From: Alphaproteobacteria bacterium
GTDB lineage: Bacteria > Pseudomonadota > Alphaproteobacteria > CAAHEQ01 > UBA3637
Direction of reading: 5' to 3'
Length of the DNA: 64,000 bases
Assembly: GCA_017533325.1 (NCBI GenBank)
Contig: JAFXIF010000053.1
Location: forward strand, 56-64,055
A program made the translations under genes and the position numbers. The first letter of the stretch is position 1. Each line of letters begins with the position of its first letter. A model generated the notes under the pieces. That model worked only from the letters and a program-made list of their open reading frames with translations. It ran no database searches and was not told the DNA's origin. Below, piece after piece: positions 48,140 through 54,949 of the stretch.

Positions 48140-48155
48140 TGTTTCACGTGAAACA
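48140..48155. promoter_or_regulatory. parS site 12 (perfect), abutting the parB terminator
   Basis: ATGTTTCACGTGAAACAT. Confidence 0.8.
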
Positions 48156-48188
48156 TAAAAAAAAGAGCGATAAAATCGCTCTTTTTTT
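48156..48188. terminator. Intrinsic terminator of parB
   Basis: AGAGCGAT-AAA-ATCGCTCT (48164-48182) with an A-run and a T-run. Near-identical to the gatB terminator module. Confidence 0.7.
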
Positions 48189-49074
48189 ATTCCAATGGAC
48201 CCCCAATACTTAATCGCTGTAAAATTGCATCTAACTTATCCAAATTATCGCATTTAATTTGGATATCACCAGCATGTCCATTCCATTTAATTGTTAATTT
48301 TGCAGCCAAAACACTGCTTAATTCATTTTCTAACACAATGATATCATCTGGTTTTTCAACAGATTGACGTGATTTTGCCAAACCACTTCCTTTTTTAGAG
48401 GCTAATCTTTCCGTTTTACGAACGCTATACCCTTTTTTAAGAACCTCCATAGCTAAAGAAATAGGATCTTGTGCCGATAAAAGTGCTCGGGCATGGCCAA
48501 CAGTTAATTCTTTTTTTTCAACCATCTGCTTAATTTCATCCGGTAATTCTAATAAACGCATCATATTAGACAGATGACTGCGACTTTTTCCAATAACTTT
48601 TGATAATTCCTCTTGCGTATACTTAAATTCCTGTAACAAACGTTTATAGGATTCAGCTTCCTCTAACGGATTTAAATCTTCACGTTGCAAATTTTCAATT
48701 AAAGCAACTTCTAAAGCGTCTTTATTTGAAAATTGCTTTATAATCACCGGAACTGTTTTTAACCCAGCCATTTTTGAAGCTCGAAATCTTCTCTCACCGG
48801 CAATTATCTCATAACCAGTTGATTTTTTTGGATTTTTTCTAACCAAAAGAGGTTGTAAAACCCCTTTTTCTTTAATAGATAAAACCAAATCAGCTAAAGC
48901 ATCAGTTGCAAAAACTCTTCGCGGTTGATATGGACTTGGAACTAAGTCCTCAACATCAACAAAAGAAATACCCTCAGGAGGCTCAGAATTAGCCGTAGGA
49001 GCTGATTCATAAACCTCATCATCCTCACCCATTAAGGCACTTAAACCTCTACCTAAACGCGTATTCTTTTCCAT
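48187..49074 (-). CDS. parB: Chromosome partitioning protein ParB (Spo0J)
   Basis: RLGRGLSAL, the ParB-box GERRFRA(S) and an HTH region; 295 aa. Confidence 0.93.
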   Translation of the reverse strand: MEKNTRLGRGLSALMGEDDEVYESAPTANSEPPEGISFVDVEDLVPSPYQPRRVFATDALADLVLSIKEKGVLQPLLVRKNPKKSTGYEIIAGERRFRASKMAGLKTVPVIIKQFSNKDALEVALIENLQREDLNPLEEAESYKRLLQEFKYTQEELSKVIGKSRSHLSNMMRLLELPDEIKQMVEKKELTVGHARALLSAQDPISLAMEVLKKGYSVRKTERLASKKGSGLAKSRQSVEKPDDIIVLENELSSVLAAKLTIKWNGHAGDIQIKCDNLDKLDAILQRLSIGGPLE

Positions 49075-49852
49075 TTACTAAAAATTCCTTTTCTCTTTTT
49101 AAAACTTCAGCAGCTAAACGTAAATAACTTTGCGCCCCTGCACTTCGATAATCATAAATCATAACCGGCAATCCATGTGACGGAGCCTCGGGAATGCGCA
49201 CATTTCTTGGTATAAGAGTATCATAAACCTGATCACCAAAATACTTTTTCACATCACTCACAATTGATTTTGATAAATTAGAGCGTCCATCAAACATTGT
49301 TAATACAACCCCATGAACCATTAAATTAGGGTTAAATGTTTTTTGAATACGTCCAATTGTCTTCATTAAATCCGCCACCCCTTCTAATGCTAAATATTCA
49401 CATTGGACTGGAATAATCACACAATCAGAAGCAGTTAATGCATTCATTGTTAACAAACCAACTGCCGGCGGACAATCAATAAAAATATAATCAAAATCAT
49501 CAGCTCTTTCGAGAGCTTTTTTTAAGAAAAACTGCGGTTTATCCTCTGTTGCCAATTCAATATCAACACCTAAAAGCTCCTTACTGGCTGGTAAAACATA
49601 TAAATAAGGTATTTCTGTTTTACAAATACAATCTTCAAGATTTTCCCCACCAACTAAAACAGTATAAGAATTTTTCGTTCCTAAACGACGCTTTGCACCC
49701 ACACTTACTGTTGCATTTCCTTGAGGATCTAAATCAATAACAAGAACTTTTTTTTGAGCGGCAGCTAAAGCTGTTGCCAAATTAATGGTTGTGGTTGTTT
49801 TTCCCACACCACCTTTTTGATTAGATACTGAAAAAACACGTGCTTTTTTCAT
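49049..49852 (-). CDS. parA: Chromosome partitioning ATPase ParA (Soj)
   Basis: Deviant Walker A NQKGGVGKTT. The start is set at MKKARVF, whose ATG overlaps the rsmG stop codon by 1 nt (TAATG). The track ORF extends to 49885. Confidence 0.92.
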   Translation of the reverse strand: MKKARVFSVSNQKGGVGKTTTTINLATALAAAQKKVLVIDLDPQGNATVSVGAKRRLGTKNSYTVLVGGENLEDCICKTEIPYLYVLPASKELLGVDIELATEDKPQFFLKKALERADDFDYIFIDCPPAVGLLTMNALTASDCVIIPVQCEYLALEGVADLMKTIGRIQKTFNPNLMVHGVVLTMFDGRSNLSKSIVSDVKKYFGDQVYDTLIPRNVRIPEAPSHGLPVMIYDYRSAGAQSYLRLAAEVLKREKEFLVNGKEYAFR

Positions 49853-50460
49853 TAATAAACAACCTCCGTTATTGTTATGATACAACCGGTATCGCTTGTT
49901 AAACTATTTTGTTTCTTCCATTTGCAAGTATAAGATATTTTTGAAAGTTCTTCATCAATATTTTGCCCTTTTAGAAGTAAAAAAACAGTTTCTTTCGTAT
50001 AAAATGACTGTGATAAATTTAATAACAAATCTACCTGCCCTAAAGCTCTTGAAGTAATAACATCCGCTTTAACTGATTTTACATCCTCAATACGTTGATT
50101 TAAAATCGTTAAATTTAAATCTAAAAGACGGGATACTTCTTGTAAAAATACTGATTTTTTATTATCACTCTCTATTAAAACAACCTTTTCTAAAGGACCT
50201 TTTAAAACTTTATTTAAAATAGCAATAACAACTGCCGGAAAACCGCCACCAGATCCTAAATCAACCAAAACTTTTTTATCATTTGGAATTAAAAAATAAA
50301 GTTGAGCAGAATCTAAAATATGTCTATCCCAAAGAGATGAAATTTCTTTATTTGAAACCAAATTAACCGCTTTTTGCCACTTTAAAACAAGCGCCATATA
50401 GCGCTCCAATAATTTTTTTGCAGGTAAAATTTGGTTTTCTAATTGTTTCACGTGAAACAT
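49852..50460 (-). CDS. rsmG: 16S rRNA (guanine527-N7)-methyltransferase RsmG (GidB)
   Basis: LLERYMALVLKWQKAVNLVS...RHILDS, and SAM motif DLGSGGGFP. The start is proposed at MFHVKQ (ATG 50460), inside a parS site. The alternative upstream ATG at 50490 cannot be excluded. Confidence 0.85.
   Translation of the reverse strand: MFHVKQLENQILPAKKLLERYMALVLKWQKAVNLVSNKEISSLWDRHILDSAQLYFLIPNDKKVLVDLGSGGGFPAVVIAILNKVLKGPLEKVVLIESDNKKSVFLQEVSRLLDLNLTILNQRIEDVKSVKADVITSRALGQVDLLLNLSQSFYTKETVFLLLKGQNIDEELSKISYTCKWKKQNSLTSDTGCIITITEVVY
50444..50459. promoter_or_regulatory. parS site 13 (perfect), overlapping the rsmG start codon and N-terminal codons
   Basis: TGTTTCACGTGAAACA; the minus strand reads ATG TTT CAC GTG AAA CAA = MFHVKQ. 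Confidence 0.75.
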
Positions 50461-50544
50461 CCCCCAAAAACTATTATAAATCTTAACCAAACATTAACTT
50501 TTTTATATGAATTTTGCAAGTATTTTTTTATAAAAAAAAGAAAA

Positions 50545-50560
50545 TGTTTCACGTGAAACA
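50545..50560. promoter_or_regulatory. parS site 14 (perfect; core of a 34-bp palindrome, 50536-50569), intergenic
   Basis: AAAAGAAAA-TGTTTCACGTGAAACA-TTTTCTTTT. Confidence 0.75.
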
Positions 50561-50588
50561 TTTTCTTTTACATTAAAATTACTAAAAA

Positions 50589-51068
50589 TTAATTAAAAAT
50601 AAACATAATATTGTTTAAATTATCAAAATCTTTCTTCATTGTGCTATTTACCTTAACAGTAATCGCATCCATAAAAGCATTCACTAATTTATTACATTTA
50701 TTTTTATCAATATTTTTTAACTCAATAAAAAATTGCTTCCCATCAACAGGACCAATATTCCAATCAAATGCTCCAAAATTATAATTAAAAGATTCTTTTT
50801 TCAAATTTTCATAATTTCCCATTGAAAAAGAACGAATATCATTAATAAGTGTTTGAATTTGATTAATTAAAGAAGAATCGGTTAAAACAGGTTTAACCTC
50901 TTCTTGTTCAACAACTACATGCTCTGGCCTTGTTGTTTCACGTGAAACATTTTCTGTTTTTTGAGAAATTATCGGTGCATTATATGCATTTGTTTTTTTC
51001 TCACTTAAAATATATCCCCCTAACAAAACAAGTCCTGTTATAAATGCAAAAAAACTAATCCCCTTCAT
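50589..51068 (-). CDS. Hypothetical membrane-anchored protein (contains an internal parS)
   Basis: 159 aa with an N-terminal TM segment (ISFFAFITGLVLLGGYIL). Overlaps the dnaQ stop by 14 nt. Confidence 0.5.
   Translation of the reverse strand: MKGISFFAFITGLVLLGGYILSEKKTNAYNAPIISQKTENVSRETTRPEHVVVEQEEVKPVLTDSSLINQIQTLINDIRSFSMGNYENLKKESFNYNFGAFDWNIGPVDGKQFFIELKNIDKNKCNKLVNAFMDAITVKVNSTMKKDFDNLNNIMFIFN
50934..50949. promoter_or_regulatory. parS site 15 (perfect), inside the hypothetical CDS (encodes ..VSRET..)
   Basis: TGTTTCACGTGAAACA. Confidence 0.7.
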
Positions 51069-51759
51069 TTATCCCCCATAAGTTATTTTTAATTTTTTTA
51101 ACAAATTCAGTATGTTGCTCAACCTCTTCTTTTGAAGCTAAAAAAGATCTAGGCTCTTTAAATTCCCTTTTTATTGTTTTTAAATCTATTAAACCACCAG
51201 AAGATAAGAATATATCAGATTCTTTTTCAAGGACAAGGTCTGGCTGTCTTCCTCCAATTAATTCTAAATAAACTTCAGCTAATAACTCACTATCAAGCAA
51301 AGCTCCGTGAAACGTTCTGGCTGAATTATCAATATGAAACTTTTTACATAACTCGTTCAAATTAACCCTTGATCCAGGAAACATTTTCCTTGCCAACACA
51401 ACGGTATCAATAACCCTATCTCCAGATAAAGGTTCTTTCCCAATCCAAGATAATTCAGCATTCAAAAATTTAATATCAAAAGGAGCATTATGAGCTATAA
51501 GCTTAGAATCTGAGCCAATAAATGATAAAAACTCATCTGCAATTTCTTTAAATGTCGGCTTGTCAGACAAAAATTCTTCTGTCAAACCGTGTACTTTTAC
51601 AACTTCCTCGCTGAGAGAACGTTCAGGATTAATATACTGGTGATACACATTTCCAGTTGGAACATGGTTAACCAATTCTACACAGCCAATTTCAACAACT
51701 CTATCTCCTTGAAAAGGATCAAGCCCTGTTGTTTCGGTATCAAAAACTATTTCTCTCAT
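51055..51759 (-). CDS. dnaQ: DNA polymerase III subunit epsilon (3'-5' proofreading exonuclease)
   Basis: Exo I VFDTETTGL, Exo II LIAHNAPFDIKFL and Exo III HGALLDSELLAEVY. Confidence 0.92.
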   Translation of the reverse strand: MREIVFDTETTGLDPFQGDRVVEIGCVELVNHVPTGNVYHQYINPERSLSEEVVKVHGLTEEFLSDKPTFKEIADEFLSFIGSDSKLIAHNAPFDIKFLNAELSWIGKEPLSGDRVIDTVVLARKMFPGSRVNLNELCKKFHIDNSARTFHGALLDSELLAEVYLELIGGRQPDLVLEKESDIFLSSGGLIDLKTIKREFKEPRSFLASKEEVEQHTEFVKKIKNNLWGINEGD

Positions 51760-52529
51760 AAAAAAAACCTAATAAAATAAATAAACTTTTTAAATTATAA
51801 ATAAAAATCAAGAAGATATCAAGCATAAAATCTCACCCAAAAAAACAGATTTAATATTTAAACACATATCAAAAATAAAAAAATATTTAAAATCAATATG
51901 TTACAAGTATAAATATATAAAAAGTCATTCATACGACGTAGTTGTGGATAACTTTAAATAACTTGGATAACATTTGCTTTAGAATAAAAAAATTATAATT
52001 ATCCAAATTCATAAAATATCTATTCACATCCCCAAATGAGGTATAACTTACTTGTGGATAAATATGCAAAATAAGGATTCGAACTTGAATCATCACGATT
52101 CGTGTTTGGGGATAACTTTTAGTAAAAAACAAAATTTAAAATTATTCACAGTATCCACAATACCTATTACTAAAAAATATATATTTTATATAAATAAATG
52201 AAATTTTATTGTGGATATATTTCTATATCTTTTTTGTAATGAACATCTTTATGTTTTGCAAAAAAGGAAGGAAGAGAATGCTTTTAAAGAGTAAATAATA
52301 ATCTTTGATAATCACCCTTAACAAAAAATGATTTTAAAGCCCATAGAGCTACATATTTTATATTTTGGATATAATTAGTGGTATGGTAAAAAGTGATGCT
52401 TAAAACGTGCATAAAACTATTATTTGTAAACATATAAAAAAAATTTAATCTACTGTAATGATAGTTATATATATCATAAAAAAACGCTCGTATCTTTTGA
52501 TAGGAGCGTTTTTTTATATTTAATGTTGT
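51760..52529. other. Candidate chromosomal replication origin (oriC): DnaA-box cluster, GANTC cluster and AT-rich flanks in the dnaQ-trxB intergenic region
   Basis: Perfect TGTGGATAA at 51943-51951 and 52053-52061. One-mismatch boxes at 51999-52007 (TTATCCAAA), 52107-52115 (TGGGGATAA), 52142-52150 (TTATTCACA), 52151-52159 (GTATCCACA) and 52210-52218 (TGTGGATAT). GANTC at 52076, 52087 and 52097. The only ORF here (51929-52132) looks spurious. Confidence 0.55.
52478..52515. terminator. Hairpin terminator downstream of trxB
   Basis: ACGCTC...GAGCGT arms with an A-run and a T-run. Confidence 0.5.
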
Positions 52530-53441
52530 TCAAAGTAAATATTTTTCAGCACTTAAAGCTGCTATAGCACCACTGCCGGCTGAAATAATTGCCTGTTTAT
52601 AAGTATCTTCTTGAACATCTCCACAAGCAAAAATTCCTTTTATAGATGTTTCCATTGTTCTTTTATTTGTTTTAATATATCCATTTTTTGTTAATTTTAA
52701 TTTTTTATCCACAAGAGATATATTTGGTTTTGTTCCAATTGCTTCAAAAACCCCATCAATATTTAAAAACTCTTCTTTGTTTGTTTTTAAATTTTTAATT
52801 TTTATTGTGGATAACTTTTTTTCACCAATAAATTCAAGTGGTTCTGTGTTATTTAAAATTTTTATTTTTTCATTTTTGAATAATTCATCTAAAAGTTTCT
52901 TTTCTCCTTTTAATGAATTATTCTTATTAATTAAAAAGACTTCTTTTGCTATTTTTGACAAAAAGAGAGATTCGTAAAGAGCAGCGTTTCCTCCCCCAAT
53001 AACTGCAATTGATTTGTTTTTATAGAAAAATCCGTCACAAGTTGCGCAAATTGAAATACCATTTCCTTTAAATTGTTCTTCTCCTTTAATATTTAACCAT
53101 TTTGGACTTGCTCCGGTTGCTAAAATAATTGCATCTGCTGTGCCATTTTTTATACTGTGTGTTTCAAAACGAAAGGGTTTAGTTGAAATGTCTAAATTTA
53201 TAACTTCATCTTGAATGATATTTATTCCCGTATGAATGGCTTGGTTTTTTAAATTTTCCATTAAATCAAATCCGGATATGTTAATAAATCCAGGAAAATT
53301 TTCAACTTGATGTGTTCTTGTTAATTGTCCACCAATTGTTGAGCCGGTGACAAGAGTTGTTTCTAAACCTGCTCTAGAGGTGTATATAGATGCCGTATAA
53401 CCAGCAGGACCTGAACCAATAATTAAAACTTTTGTATGCAT
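52530..53441 (-). CDS. trxB: Thioredoxin-disulfide reductase
   Basis: GSGPAGYTA, redox CATCDG and GGGNAA; 303 aa. Confidence 0.93.
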   Translation of the reverse strand: MHTKVLIIGSGPAGYTASIYTSRAGLETTLVTGSTIGGQLTRTHQVENFPGFINISGFDLMENLKNQAIHTGINIIQDEVINLDISTKPFRFETHSIKNGTADAIILATGASPKWLNIKGEEQFKGNGISICATCDGFFYKNKSIAVIGGGNAALYESLFLSKIAKEVFLINKNNSLKGEKKLLDELFKNEKIKILNNTEPLEFIGEKKLSTIKIKNLKTNKEEFLNIDGVFEAIGTKPNISLVDKKLKLTKNGYIKTNKRTMETSIKGIFACGDVQEDTYKQAIISAGSGAIAALSAEKYLL

Positions 53442-53530
53442 AATAACTCCATTAAGGTAAAAAAAATCCTCTCTTAAAAGAGATAATATAATATGTTATC
53501 AAAATTCAAGAGAGGAATAAAAAATATTTG

Positions 53531-54007
53531 TTAAATGAATTGAACATTTAAAATTTCGTAAGATTTTTCACCTTTTGGAGTGATAACATCCACAAAATCA
53601 CCTTTATTTTTTCCAATTAAAGCTCTTGCAATCGGTGAAAGAAGAGAGATAAGACCTTTTTCAAGGTTGGCTTCATATTGCCCCACAATTTGGTAAGAAT
53701 GTTGACTGCCCGTTTCAGAATCTTCTAAAGTTACAGTTGCCCCAAATAAAACTTTATCACCGGATAATGATTTAATGTCAATCACTTGAGCTCTTGCCAA
53801 TGCGCTCTCAAGTTCCATAATACGACCTTCATTAAAGCTTTGTTGTTCGCGAGCGGATTGATATTCAGCGTTTTCAGATAAGTCTCCATGTCCACGAGCT
53901 TCTTCGATGGCTGCTACAATACGCGGTCTTTCTTCAAATTTGAGTCTTTTTAACTCATTTGATAAATTGTCATAGCCGTTTGATGTCATAGGTATTTTTT
54001 CTTCCAT
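53531..54007 (-). CDS. greA: Transcription elongation factor GreA
   Basis: 158 aa. ...[24 protein letters not shown]... Confidence 0.93.
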   Translation of the reverse strand: MEEKIPMTSNGYDNLSNELKRLKFEERPRIVAAIEEARGHGDLSENAEYQSAREQQSFNEGRIMELESALARAQVIDIKSLSGDKVLFGATVTLEDSETGSQHSYQIVGQYEANLEKGLISLLSPIARALIGKNKGDFVDVITPKGEKSYEILNVQFI

Positions 54008-54046
54008 GGCTCATCCTTTCATTAAATTTTTTATTAAAAAATAAAA

Positions 54047-54066
54047 CTACGGCTCTTTATCCGTAG
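54047..54066 (-). terminator. Hairpin terminator downstream of the M23 peptidase gene
   Basis: CTACGG-N8-CCGTAG, followed by a T-rich run on the minus strand. Confidence 0.45.
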
Positions 54067-54135
54067 CTTTGTTAACAGATTTGATAACCCTATTATATGA
54101 GTTTTTTTATTAAAAAGCAAGTAATTAAATTATTT

Positions 54136-54948
54136 TTATTTTTTTGAGCAAGAAAAGTCATTAATTAATTGTTCCGGATCCAGTCTAACCCCTTGCCATG
54201 TGATCACGTAATGAAGATGTGGTCCGGTTGATCGACCTGTATTTCCAATTTCAGCAATAAGTTCTCCTCTTTTTATTTTTTTTCCCTCTTTAACCGTTAT
54301 TTTATTTAAATGTGAATAACTTGAAAAAAGACCGAACCCATGATTAATTAACAATGTTTTTCCTGATAAAAACATATCTTGATGAACAAGAGCTACAATA
54401 CCGTCTGCTGGTGCAAAAATTTTAGTTCCGATGGGGGCTGCATAATCAACACCACTATGACCTGCTTTTTTTATGTTATTTAAAATTCTTCTTGTTCCGA
54501 ATGGACTTGAAATCCTTTTAAAATTTTTAACAGGTCTATCAAAACAAAATGGAAAATAATTTTGATTAAAGTTATCTCTGGCTTTTTTTATTAAAAGGTT
54601 TTCTTTTTGAATTCTCTCTTGATTTTTGTTTGTTGGAGAAACTTTATCTTGTTGAAGACCTGAGATATATTCTTCTTGCCATTTTTGTTTTTGAACGGGA
54701 AAAGTTAGTTTTGTTTTTTTATTATTTTTAATTAATGTAAGTGTTAACTGTGTTGCATCTTGAGGAAGCCCAAAGAAGAAAAAACCACTTTTTGTTGCTT
54801 TTATTTCTTGATTATCCAAATAAAGTTTTTCATCTTTATCTAGTTTTCCGTATGTTAACCCTCCCTCTTTTACTGGGGATCTAAGTTCAAAAGAAAAACA
54901 AGATGTTGACAGTAAAATTGATAACGTAAAAAGAAAAAACTTTTTCAT
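54136..54948 (-). CDS. M23-family (LytM-like) metallopeptidase
   Basis: HSGVDYAAP...GNTGRSTGPHLH motifs and a signal peptide. The start is set at MKKFF, with GGAGA 5 nt upstream; the track start is 54960. Confidence 0.85.
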   Translation of the reverse strand: MKKFFLFTLSILLSTSCFSFELRSPVKEGGLTYGKLDKDEKLYLDNQEIKATKSGFFFFGLPQDATQLTLTLIKNNKKTKLTFPVQKQKWQEEYISGLQQDKVSPTNKNQERIQKENLLIKKARDNFNQNYFPFCFDRPVKNFKRISSPFGTRRILNNIKKAGHSGVDYAAPIGTKIFAPADGIVALVHQDMFLSGKTLLINHGFGLFSSYSHLNKITVKEGKKIKRGELIAEIGNTGRSTGPHLHYVITWQGVRLDPEQLINDFSCSKK

Positions 54949-54949
54949 T

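Larger units (their letters stand above)
46704..48155. repeat. Tandem array of 12 parS (ParB-binding centromere) sites in ORF-free AT-rich DNA between gatB and parB
   Basis: TGTTTCACGTGAAACA occurs 11 times perfectly, plus one copy with 1 mismatch. Spacing is 102-181 bp. No ORF of 60 aa or more appears in any frame of the supplied track. Confidence 0.85.

Noticed and set aside
46704-48155. The repeat-spacer look of the region suggested a CRISPR array.
   Set aside because: - The repeats are only 16-18 bp and are perfect palindromes identical to the parS consensus.
- The spacers are irregular (86-165 bp), almost pure A/T, and partly duplicated.
- There are no cas genes or leader in the window.
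- The locus abuts parAB.
49831-49850. AAAAAACACGTGCTTTTTT at the parA start looked like a 16th, degenerate parS because of its CACGTG core.
   Set aside because: Only the central CACGTG matches; the arms differ from GTTT/AAAC at most positions. It encodes the ParA N-terminus (KKARVF) and is probably coincidental.
52060-52120. GGATTCGAAC... resembled the reverse complement of a tRNA T-arm, suggesting a tRNA pseudogene in the origin region.
   Set aside because: The flanking bases do not pair as a T-stem or an acceptor stem on either strand. The resemblance is limited to the GANTC-containing 10-mer.
51929-52132. Track ORF of 67 aa inside the dnaQ-trxB gap.
   Set aside because: It overlaps the DnaA-box cluster, has no RBS, and its composition looks like translated AT-rich non-coding DNA.
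51780-52480. CtrA-binding sites (TTAA-N7-TTAA) in the putative origin.
   Set aside because: Only imperfect matches were seen, such as TTAA-N7-ATAA and TTAA-N7-TAAT. In DNA this AT-rich such half-matches are expected by chance, so nothing is claimed.
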